From the IMG/VR virus record IMGVR_UViG_3300031952_000001, positions 1 through 64,000 of that record: a stretch of 64,000 nucleotides of DNA. One strand, given 5' to 3'. A program made the position numbers and the translations under genes. This document shows positions 36,601-43,721 of this stretch, in pieces; position 1 is the first letter of the stretch, and the number at the start of each line of letters is the position of its first letter. The notes beneath the pieces were generated by a model. It ran no database searches and was not told the DNA's origin. It worked only from the letters and a program-made list of their open reading frames with translations.

Positions 36601-38389
36601 CCATTTGCAAGACGTGTGGTTCGCGACCGTCAGCGGGAACACCGTTCGTAGGTCTTCCGGGTCGGTTACCCAGATCGGTGTTGGGCTTTACCTGGAGGGT
36701 CTCTTGCAGTCTTCCGTTGTGGACAACAAGATCGCCTTCATGGGCGGCGGCATCTATATCGTGGGGTATCTCTATGAGACTGAGATCTCTAGGAACAAGA
36801 TGCAGGGTTTGTTCCATTCGGGGATCAGCGCTTTTGTGAACGACTTCCCGGTGCTGAACATGGCTTACGGCGTCCGCGTGGATGGTAATGATGTTTACAT
36901 GATGCCTCTTAAGGGGTTGACAGGGGGTCTTTTCACCAGTGCAGATCTTTTTGGCGTTGCGGTGTATTTTGATCTCACTCCCGCAAACTCCTCGTTGAGT
37001 GGAGTATCGGTATCGAAGAACTGCGTCTCCGGGATTGGATCTATACTTTCTGGGGCCAGCGTTTACGGCATTATGTTGGGTGTTAATGGGGGTACGGGGT
37101 TTTGCAGATCTCTCAGTATAGATGACAACGTCGTGAACACCCTGGATTCCTCCATTGGAGATTTGGTCGGTATCAATGTTTACGTGTCGGGAATGGCGCA
37201 GGCAGCAGAGCAGGTTTCTTTGAGCAGAAACCATGTGACATTCGCACCCAAAACTACGTCCCCTACAGTGATGGGCATCTACACCGCTGCTCACCTGATC
37301 GGCTCATCCATTAACAACAATACCTCCATTTTGGAGTCTAGTGATGACACTGCTGAAGGTATTGCATTGTACTCTGGGGTCTGGCAGCCCTCCAATACTA
37401 CAGTGTCTGGAAACATTCTTCTGGGACTGTCGGCGGGCGCATACATTATCGCCTCATCATCTCTGAAGATTTCTGATAACATCATCTACGGAAAGGGCGG
37501 AGGTCTCCATGTAGGTGGTGCCCCTACGAAGGGCACTCTCGTTCAAGGAAACAGGATCCAAGTCGATGCGTACATTGAGAGTCCTTATGCTCCCGATGCA
37601 GGCTGGGTGGGGGCGCACTGTCTCAGCGTAGATCTCGGTGCTTCAGGAATAACCTTGAGGGACAACTTCTTGTATCTTAACGGGGTAGATCGCCCCGGTG
37701 CTGGCGTCAACGATGTACCCGACGGAAGCACTTGTGTCACTCTTGTGGACCTGAGTAATGTGTGCATCGATGGATGCAGCATGTATTCCGACACTGCTAC
37801 GGTGGATAACACTGATGGTACGGGGGCCGTAAGAGGGTACCTTTGCCTTTGCAGAGCGGGCCATTCGGGTGCGGGGAAGAAAACTACGATCACGGTTACC
37901 GACTGCATTTTTGATGACAGGGTCGAGGCAGCGGGCACCTCCAGAACGCCACTGTACGGTCTATACATTATACCCGACTTTAATTTTAAACATGATGATG
38001 GGGACGTTCTCTGTGCTTCGATAAAGGGCAACACATTCTTCACTTCCAACACGGATAGGTCCTCTACTTATCATTTTAATGAGGAAGGTCGTCCAGCAAC
38101 AGCTACCCCAGCTCCAGCATTTAGGCCCTATGTAATATATGTTCCATCTACTTATGGTCTCATTTTTGCGGATACGAGATCTCATGTCTACTTTGTTGGG
38201 AATTCCATACACGGGCTACCCTTAACAGAGGATTCCCGCCCCTACGTTTATATGTGTCTCCATGAGGCAGCATTTGGTGGTGGCATTCTTGGGCATTGTA
38301 TCTACGAGCCTGAATCTCGGGTAAACTTCGTGAACCAAAATGGAGAGCCTTTCCCTACCCCGGATTACGCTTGGGCGGTGTTTCCATAA
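33641..38389 (+). CDS. Tail fibre/receptor-binding protein with parallel beta-helix (pectin-lyase-like) C-terminal region (~1582 aa)
   Basis: GGAGGA RBS; repeated I.GN.I / V.NN / I.DN beta-helix rungs from ~36100; last gene of the virion module. Confidence 0.75.
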   Translation: MRGSLYPNGVTVDQVALRRTELSKAQEILRNRVDWTCRGVFSGGLVTVNLLDDTRIDIMQASGFAPNGEYVETDSPYYSIALADYAVGVVNYVCLVYTEVDSYRQPHESDGQRYYTRAAMAWRVRVYSAAQYALLPASDENLANDSQDRIIFFSKVTANGVGISLTPSSITSPRSFNNIMYTVPRKCVTILGIDILSASSGSPLGAGTLTYDFTPGTPPTYQLTWSTSNGAGAPVAVAADGNYTLLDGAGEFITVKVALTVLPTFVVATTVTETITIFNLYYQEMPRLSAEDHLHRNYIGTGTISPQNPHGNSLDDFSGETLSMLDEHQDVLHCNGIWRGSASSIFQITVLTAPVADTFNLVAPAGGDLYYVNGIKLDSIDISVGVSILPPVVQGAYFYEICVSDEATVECNKKAAYPAVRAVTGTWIVDMSRDYPFGSFALTCTTTPGPFTPRVFTWDGGKPVTFTPLSDPSQAIRLYSADGEHWIDLWVNTNPSVVPDEALPTAPGTVTDTITVFSSLTDGSNQFMQIGALSYWYDATSVKWVLGYHPLAANRNAVDKRIWGNTGTENMATWALEDLAYLPNNELGRSGALLRRNGAYNEFQYTYGGAGFNISVNGGSFYCRGQRISVKSTQSLIAVPSAVQLIWADMAGVYHILNVTGTFGGDLQAAMRYVLGSTQNIPSVSDFYHYSDAGDAPERGILLYCLVTDATDIDPLGIVDFTQNVNRVDDPWSVGSRISTTVNAVHAQAAYDNFFTAFEYAKYSMYGTENKGSVTLTVIGTVEVGFKVTQPEYVNVRGTRGVSIPYKSIVRVTGTDAWGSWLLSFGCKVSNLSVYNTSTTLPAIGLNHYATVEECFFVSSGGEPFRASASGALSCNGVVLRNNISSGSALISSVSLANGYTGWIITGNEVLAVPSDSRAAIQLLGAEKLLISGNIIDVPNSNDQLVNASGGIRVGSSGFQCQDVTIRDNYISVGNNAAGQLNSVAGIHLQDVWFATVSGNTVRRSSGSVTQIGVGLYLEGLLQSSVVDNKIAFMGGGIYIVGYLYETEISRNKMQGLFHSGISAFVNDFPVLNMAYGVRVDGNDVYMMPLKGLTGGLFTSADLFGVAVYFDLTPANSSLSGVSVSKNCVSGIGSILSGASVYGIMLGVNGGTGFCRSLSIDDNVVNTLDSSIGDLVGINVYVSGMAQAAEQVSLSRNHVTFAPKTTSPTVMGIYTAAHLIGSSINNNTSILESSDDTAEGIALYSGVWQPSNTTVSGNILLGLSAGAYIIASSSLKISDNIIYGKGGGLHVGGAPTKGTLVQGNRIQVDAYIESPYAPDAGWVGAHCLSVDLGASGITLRDNFLYLNGVDRPGAGVNDVPDGSTCVTLVDLSNVCIDGCSMYSDTATVDNTDGTGAVRGYLCLCRAGHSGAGKKTTITVTDCIFDDRVEAAGTSRTPLYGLYIIPDFNFKHDDGDVLCASIKGNTFFTSNTDRSSTYHFNEEGRPATATPAPAFRPYVIYVPSTYGLIFADTRSHVYFVGNSIHGLPLTEDSRPYVYMCLHEAAFGGGILGHCIYEPESRVNFVNQNGEPFPTPDYAWAVFP

Positions 38390-38399
38390 TCCTATCTTG

Positions 38400-38428
38400 T
38401 TGACATCCCGATCCTCCTTTGCTATATA
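38400..38428 (+). promoter_or_regulatory. sigma70 promoter (TTGACA-N17-TATATA, TG-extended -10)
   Basis: Consensus spacing in the intergenic region; followed by inverted repeat GATCTC-N6-GAGATC (38439-38456). Confidence 0.7.
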
Positions 38429-38467
38429 GTACATGTTGGATCTCCATAGTGAGATCAGGAGGACCCG

Positions 38468-38926
38468 ATGGTTTCTGCGGCTACGACGACGGAGATTCGT
38501 GACCTGCTGCGCGAGCGGATTCTCGCCGCCCTGGAGGCACTCCGTGTGGAACACGACTGGGTGTCCACCGAGATGGTCCAGAAGGTCATCATGATGCAGC
38601 ACGGCATCAACTACTCCCTGTCGAAGGTGGGGAACAACCTGCGGTGCCTCCGAGAGCACGGGGTTGTGGAGGACCAGACGAAGCACGGAACGCGACACTG
38701 GAGCCTTACGGGCCGGGCATACACCCCCGACACCCCTAAGAAGCTCCTCATCAGCTTCCCAGGACCCCTTCACAACATGATCGTGGACTTCTCCCGCCGT
38801 GGAGGCCTCTCGAAGAACGCTTTTGTGGTCAACATGGTAGCCTCCGGGATCCAGCAGCTCGCCGCAGCCCAGTTGGGCTCTAAAAGACGAGAGTCCAAGG
38901 CTGAAGAAGCCTCTCCGGCCTCGTGA
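38468..38926 (+). CDS. Putative transcription regulator: winged HTH + ribbon-helix-helix
   Basis: YSLSKVGNNLRCLREHGVVE...HWSL (wHTH) then KLLISFPGPLHNMIVDFSRRGGLSKNAFVV (RHH-like). Confidence 0.55.
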   Translation: MVSAATTTEIRDLLRERILAALEALRVEHDWVSTEMVQKVIMMQHGINYSLSKVGNNLRCLREHGVVEDQTKHGTRHWSLTGRAYTPDTPKKLLISFPGPLHNMIVDFSRRGGLSKNAFVVNMVASGIQQLAAAQLGSKRRESKAEEASPAS

Positions 38927-38936
38927 TTTTTCCCTC

Positions 38937-38964
38937 TTGACAGCCCCCAGGCCATGGTTATGTT
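38937..38964 (+). promoter_or_regulatory. sigma70 promoter (TTGACA-N16-TATGTT)
   Basis: Intergenic upstream of the lipoprotein; AGGAGG and GGAGG follow. Confidence 0.55.
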
Positions 38965-39008
38965 ACTGGTTGCCAGGAGGGATCTGGCTGAACAAAGGGA
39001 GGTTCGAG

Positions 39009-39494
39009 ATGAAGACGGTTCTGTTGGTCATGGCTCTGGTTCTGTTCGCCGGCTGTGCGGAAGACGGTTCTCTTCTCTTTGATGAGGACGCGGGAGCTGA
39101 CGGCGGGGGTTCCGATTCGGACTCCGATTCCGACTCGGACTCGGACTCGGACTCGGACTCGGACTCGGACTCGGACTCGGACTCGGACTCGGACTCGGAC
39201 AACGACTGCTCGGACGGTTGCGACAACCTGCCGCTGTCCATTTGCGATGAGTACGGGAACTTGGTTCAGTACAACTCGGGAACCTGTGTCGAGGGGGGGT
39301 GCATCTACGCCTTTGAACTTATCAAGTGCGACTATGGGTGCACGGACGCCGGGTCCGAGGAAGACGACTATTGCACAGAGAACTCGGACACGGATGACTG
39401 CAACCCCGACAGCTGTATGGTGGGGTGCACAGATAATGCTTGTGAGGCGGGGGTGTGCATCGACGGCGAATGCGAGTGTTTTGGCTGTCCCTGA
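39009..39494 (+). CDS. Lipoprotein with (Ser-Asp)15 repeat and Cys-rich C-terminal domain (161 aa)
   Basis: Lipobox LFAG|C; SD repeat; multiple Cys in the acidic C-terminal half. Confidence 0.8.
   Translation: MKTVLLVMALVLFAGCAEDGSLLFDEDAGADGGGSDSDSDSDSDSDSDSDSDSDSDSDSDSDSDNDCSDGCDNLPLSICDEYGNLVQYNSGTCVEGGCIYAFELIKCDYGCTDAGSEEDDYCTENSDTDDCNPDSCMVGCTDNACEAGVCIDGECECFGCP
39111..39200 (+). repeat. Hexanucleotide tandem repeat encoding (SD)15, including perfect (TCGGAC)11
   Basis: TCCGAT TCGGAC TCCGAT TCCGAC then TCGGAC x11 (39135-39200). Confidence 0.95.
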
Positions 39495-39531
39495 GTTCCG
39501 CTTCCAACCTCTCGATTCCGATCCTTTCCTG

Positions 39532-39561
39532 TTGACACCACCCCTTCTCTGATCGTAAGGT
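39532..39561 (+). promoter_or_regulatory. sigma70 promoter (TTGACA-N18-TAAGGT)
   Basis: Lies in a 176-nt intergenic region. Confidence 0.5.
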
Positions 39562-39670
39562 TGGTCGTTCGCTTTGTACGTGCTTTTTAAGGCGGTGCAG
39601 AACAACTACACCAAAACTCGTGCCGGATAATTCTGGTGCGTTTTCGGCTATTTGGCCGCTGGAGGATTCG

Positions 39671-40864
39671 ATGTCGGACGAAGCCAACACTGGTGATCTC
39701 GTGGGGTGCCCGGATCCAGAAATCTTCAAGTGCAGCATCTGTGGAAAGGATAATTTCACAAGTGCAAGGTACCTGAAGACGCACATGACGGCGAAGCACT
39801 CGGGGAAGAAAAAGCCCACGGATGGTCCCGTGGAAGCTCCCGGACCCGAGACTGCCACCCCGCCGCCAGCTGATCCACCTCCGGAGGCCCCTGAGGCCAC
39901 CCCGCCGCCGTCTCGGGCGGAGAAACGGAAGGCTTCCGCTTCGGAAACGGCCGCTCAGGTGTCGGAAGTGGCTGCGGTGCCACCGGCCACCCCTCCAGGG
40001 GTCCCTCCTGCGACCCATCTGGATCTCCCGGTGGGCTCTGTCTTGCAGCTCGATGGCCCGACATGGCGGCAGGATGCCGTCACAGGTGCGTGGACCAGCG
40101 CAGCGGTCTCGAAGTTGACCGTACAGGTGTTCAGTAAGGCTGAATCCGCGGGGGACGTGATGCTCCTCTGCCGGGCCGAAGGGGATCCCTCGACTTGGTC
40201 CGTTCAGCAGGCCTACGCGCTCTCCGGTGCCGTGAACATCCTGAAGGTCGCCCCTTCGGTGTTTCCGGTGCCACCGGCCGGTCCTCCGCCGATCCCGGGC
40301 ACCGCTGCGCAGTCCGAGCCCGTCGAGGATCCGGAGAAGGTGCGTGCCGAGCAGGAAGAGCAGGAGCGCCAGCGGCTCGCAGCCGAAGAGGCGAAGCGAC
40401 TCGCGATGGAGGAGAGCAAGAGGGCCGCGGAAGCCGAGCACCAGAAGAGGAACGACCTGGCCGAGTTCCGGCTCATGGCCTCTACCTATCTTGAGAAGCA
40501 AGAGGCTTTCAGTCTTGCCCAAAGAGATTTCGAGTCCTACAGCTCCGCCTACACGAAGCACTTCGCGGACTGCATCCAGAAGTACGGTTCCGAGGGCTGC
40601 CTGGAAGCCGAGGGCTTCGTGGTCCAGATCTCGGATGACCCCGAGGGCTCCCCGTTCCAAGACGAGGCTGCACTCATCGAGTGGTGCCAGGAGTCTGGGA
40701 ACGACGACCTCCTGACCCTGAAGATCGACAAGGTGAAGTGGGCACGCTTCAAGGAGCAGGTCGAGAAGGGTTCTTCTCCGGAAGCAGGAAGGCTGGACGT
40801 TCGAGTGGTTCTTGCGCAGATGGAAGGCGAGCCCCAGAAGAAGCTGTCGATCCGGAAGTTGTAG
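39671..40864 (+). CDS. Hypothetical protein: C2H2 zinc finger, Pro-rich linker, coiled coil, C-terminal domain weakly Gam/Gp157-like
   Basis: GGAGGA RBS; FKCSICG...YLKTHMTAKH; DEAALIEWCQE...LKIDK. Confidence 0.6.
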   Translation: MSDEANTGDLVGCPDPEIFKCSICGKDNFTSARYLKTHMTAKHSGKKKPTDGPVEAPGPETATPPPADPPPEAPEATPPPSRAEKRKASASETAAQVSEVAAVPPATPPGVPPATHLDLPVGSVLQLDGPTWRQDAVTGAWTSAAVSKLTVQVFSKAESAGDVMLLCRAEGDPSTWSVQQAYALSGAVNILKVAPSVFPVPPAGPPPIPGTAAQSEPVEDPEKVRAEQEEQERQRLAAEEAKRLAMEESKRAAEAEHQKRNDLAEFRLMASTYLEKQEAFSLAQRDFESYSSAYTKHFADCIQKYGSEGCLEAEGFVVQISDDPEGSPFQDEAALIEWCQESGNDDLLTLKIDKVKWARFKEQVEKGSSPEAGRLDVRVVLAQMEGEPQKKLSIRKL

Positions 40865-40885
40865 GAGGCGTGGGAACCCGTTTCT

Positions 40886-41040
40886 GTCATGCGCTATCAG
40901 CTACAACTGACGGCTTGTCCGTCTCCTCCCCGGTTTTCCAGACCGGATCGTTGGAGCGAACTTAGGGGGCGCATGACTCGCCCCATCCTCGCTCAGAGCT
41001 TGCCGAGCGAGGATACCGCGCAACCGGATGTTGTGCGCGG
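40886..41040 (-). ncRNA. Predicted TnpB omega-RNA scaffold overlapping the tnpB 3' end (guide follows at 40885 downward)
   Basis: Established TnpB architecture plus the observed right-end hairpin; 5' boundary is a guess. Confidence 0.45.
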
Positions 41041-42103
41041 CGTTGAGATCAGCATGAAGGCTGTGCCCGCAGGCCTTGCAGAGGAAGAGGTTGCCTTGGC
41101 GGTTGGAGGCTTCAGTGTGACCGCATCGAGAGCACCCCTGGCTGGTGTACCGGGGGTCGATCCCCACTACTACCATTCCGAGCCCTTCAGCTTTGTAGGT
41201 GATGAACTTTCGGAGCTGACCGTAGGCCCAACGTCCAATTTCTCGGCGTTGAACTTTGCGGAGCCGGCGATTCCGGATACCTTCGAGGTCTTCGATGGCG
41301 ATCACAGGGCATCCTGTCCTCTCGGCGAAGGTGACCACTGCCTTGCCGACCTCGTGATTGACTGCTCGCATGAATCGCGCCTCTCGGCCAGACAGCCGTT
41401 TGAGGACCTTAGCGACGGAGCGCGTCGGGTGCTCTGCCTTTCTCTTTTGGAGAGACGCGCGAACATTCGAGTATCGATCACGAAGATGCTTGGTGTGCCC
41501 ACCCTTGCGCATCCAGTGGCGTTTGCCATCTGTGGCGCAGGCGAGGACGTTGATGCCGCGGTCTACGCCGATGACGGCGTCGTTCGGGGCTGTTCTTTGT
41601 TCAACCTCCTTCTTGAAGCTGAGGGTCAGGAAAACGTGCTTCCTGGACACCGAGAGGCGACCATCCCCAAGATTCCAGTTGTTCAACTTGTCTTCGAGGT
41701 CTGGAGGTCCCTGGAAGGGAACTGCCTTGAAACGTCCGTCGACCGTCCAGATAGAGAGTCCGGATGCGCGCAGGGAGACGTCGCGCCCGCGTGTCCCTCC
41801 TTGCAGTATGACGGCTTGTTTTCGGAATTGGCAAGGGGCTTTGGGGCTGCGCTTGTTAGAACGGATGGCCGCATACTCACTGGCGACATGTCGTATGCAG
41901 GAGCCAGCAAGTTGGGCAGACAAACCGACTTCCTTAGCGGGTCTGTAAGCCAATTTTTGAAGTCGAATGGCATTCGACAAACAGCCGTTTTCAAAAGCGA
42001 TCCTGCTCACGAGGTTGCAGGCTTCGGTCCAAGTATTAAGTGTTCGAACAGCAGCTTCTCGGGGCAGGTTGATTTTGATTTTGACTGTTCTCGCTATTTC
42101 CAT
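40901..42103 (-). CDS. tnpB: RNA-guided endonuclease TnpB (400 aa)
   Basis: RuvC-I VIGVDRGI, RuvC-II IAIEDL, zinc finger CSRCG...CKACG, RuvC-III HADLNAAHNI; start MEIARTVKIKI. Confidence 0.93.
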   Translation of the reverse strand: MEIARTVKIKINLPREAAVRTLNTWTEACNLVSRIAFENGCLSNAIRLQKLAYRPAKEVGLSAQLAGSCIRHVASEYAAIRSNKRSPKAPCQFRKQAVILQGGTRGRDVSLRASGLSIWTVDGRFKAVPFQGPPDLEDKLNNWNLGDGRLSVSRKHVFLTLSFKKEVEQRTAPNDAVIGVDRGINVLACATDGKRHWMRKGGHTKHLRDRYSNVRASLQKRKAEHPTRSVAKVLKRLSGREARFMRAVNHEVGKAVVTFAERTGCPVIAIEDLEGIRNRRLRKVQRREIGRWAYGQLRKFITYKAEGLGMVVVGIDPRYTSQGCSRCGHTEASNRQGNLFLCKACGHSLHADLNAAHNIRLRGILARQALSEDGASHAPPKFAPTIRSGKPGRRRTSRQL

Positions 42104-42113
42104 CACATCCCCA

Positions 42114-42142
42114 AGTCTAATCATTCTGTCGGAATTTGTCAA
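42114..42142 (-). promoter_or_regulatory. sigma70 promoter of tnpB (TTGACA-N17-TAGACT)
   Basis: Minus strand reads TTGACAaattccgacagaatgatTAGACT, 10 nt before the ATG. Confidence 0.75.
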
Positions 42143-42173
42143 GTGGGCTTTTTTCCGGTTGACAGGATTCAGC

Positions 42174-43721
42174 ATGCCTAGAGTTTTACTTATAGATGGA
42201 AATCCTTTCCTCTGGCGTGCTGCGCACTCCAGTCCGATGGAGATGGTCGCGAACAAGATCCTGACCTACATCTTCGAGGTCTTGGGCCAGTTCACCCCCG
42301 ACGATATGATCATCTGCTGGGACCGCGGAAAGTCGCGGTGGCGCAGCGAGCTGTACGAGGACTACAAGGCCCACCGCCTCCAGCAGAAGAGGGACAGCGA
42401 CCTGGACCTCGAAGCTCTCAACGAGCAGGGGATCCTCGTACAGCGCTACTTGACCTCGGTCGGGGTTCGCCAGGTGTTGGTCTCCGGCGTCGAGGCGGAC
42501 GACACCCTCGCCTGGCTGTCGGACCACTTCAAGAGCCTCCCCGGGGACTGGCACATCGTGCTCGTGACCGGGGACCGGGACTTGTGGCAGCTCGTCGACT
42601 TCAAGCTCAACGTCTGGGACCACCAGCGCCAGCTCCTCGTCACCCCGGGGGTCGTCGAGGAGGACCTCGGGGTGCCTCCGGACAGGATCGCCGACTTCAA
42701 GGCTCTCGTCGGGGACCCCTCCGACAACCTTCCCGGGGTGAAGCAGGTCGGAGAGAAGACCGCGGCCAAGCTGCTGAAGAAGTTCGGCAGTCTCGGGGAG
42801 ATCCTGAGTCTTGAGAACGTGGAGTTCTTGGAGAAGCGGAAGACGACCGCCCGGGTCCTCCCTGAGGGTGAATTCGTCGCGGAAATGTACCGCCTCGTGA
42901 AGCTGCCGACCTTGCGGGAGGCCGCCGAGTGCCTTTCGAAGGAGGAGCATGATCTTCTCGTCGAAAACCTCACGGTTCCGCTGTCGAGGGACGCCTTCCG
43001 GTCGCAGGTGTTGTCGGAGCGGATCGGCCCTACGTTCCTCACGAGCGTAGGGCGGCTCCCAGCCTACTCTTCGGACCTGACGGGCATGGTGGCGTGCATG
43101 GATCAGAACAGCGGTCAGAATCGGTCCTGGGCCTCCCTGGGGGAGGTCGACTTGGCGATCTCGCAGTGCAACCGGTGCGCCTTGCGGAAGGACTGCGATC
43201 CGGAGGGCCCAACCTACCCCGAGGGCTCGTCCGACCGGCAGATCATGATCCTCGGGAGGAACCCCGGGCTCCAGGAGCGGCGATACGGTCAGCCGTTCTT
43301 CCCTGAGGCTCCTGCCGGCGGTCGGCTGGATCGGTTCTTGGAGGAGGCCGGCATCGACCGGCGGGAGTGCTGGATCACGAACACCTGCAAGTGCTACTCC
43401 CAGGACGACCGCCCGCCGACCTACCCCGAGATCCTGCTCTGCCTGCCGTACCTGAGGGCCGAAATCGACCTCTTGAAGCCCAAGCTGATCATCGCTTTCG
43501 GAAACGAGGCGATGATGGCTGTAACTCCGTACAGGAGCAGGGTCACGAAGCACTGCGGGGAGATCCTGGAAAACCCTGAGGGCCTCATAGGGCCCATCGA
43601 GGCCTACGTCGCCATCAGCCTGCACCCGTCAGCCGCGTGTCGGTCGCCGCAGAACGACAGAGACGTGGAGTACGCTGCCACGGTGGTCCATGACTTTTTA
43701 GCGAAAAGGACGACAAAGTGA
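42174..43721 (+). CDS. Fusion of 5'-3' exonuclease/flap endonuclease and family-4-like uracil-DNA glycosylase (515 aa)
   Basis: LLIDG, YKAHR, GVEADD, TGDRDL, GDPSDNLPGV..VGEKTA (FEN); CNRC, GRNPG, PFF, NTCKC, HPSA (UDG with 4 Fe-S Cys). Confidence 0.88.
   Translation: MPRVLLIDGNPFLWRAAHSSPMEMVANKILTYIFEVLGQFTPDDMIICWDRGKSRWRSELYEDYKAHRLQQKRDSDLDLEALNEQGILVQRYLTSVGVRQVLVSGVEADDTLAWLSDHFKSLPGDWHIVLVTGDRDLWQLVDFKLNVWDHQRQLLVTPGVVEEDLGVPPDRIADFKALVGDPSDNLPGVKQVGEKTAAKLLKKFGSLGEILSLENVEFLEKRKTTARVLPEGEFVAEMYRLVKLPTLREAAECLSKEEHDLLVENLTVPLSRDAFRSQVLSERIGPTFLTSVGRLPAYSSDLTGMVACMDQNSGQNRSWASLGEVDLAISQCNRCALRKDCDPEGPTYPEGSSDRQIMILGRNPGLQERRYGQPFFPEAPAGGRLDRFLEEAGIDRRECWITNTCKCYSQDDRPPTYPEILLCLPYLRAEIDLLKPKLIIAFGNEAMMAVTPYRSRVTKHCGEILENPEGLIGPIEAYVAISLHPSAACRSPQNDRDVEYAATVVHDFLAKRTTK

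Larger units (their letters stand above)
40886..42164 (-). mobile_element. Non-autonomous IS200/IS605-family element (tnpB only)
   Basis: tnpB opposite to all neighbours; right-end hairpin CAAGCC-GTCAG-TTGTAG-CTGAT-AGCGCATGAC; left boundary uncertain; no tnpA in the window. Confidence 0.7.

Noticed and set aside
39111-39200. Tandem repeat as a CRISPR-like or non-coding array
   Set aside because: No spacers; it is an in-frame hexamer inside a lipoprotein gene.
41967-42173. N-terminal extension of the exonuclease ORF in the track
   Set aside because: It lies within tnpB and its promoter; the FEN domain starts at MPRVLLIDG (42174).
40889-42181. 430-aa plus-strand ORF
   Set aside because: Antisense shadow of tnpB, which has all catalytic motifs and its own promoter.
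42159-42184. Outward-facing TTGACA at the IS left end as promoter for the exonuclease
   Set aside because: The best -10 candidate (TAGAGT) is only 14 nt away and lies inside the coding start.
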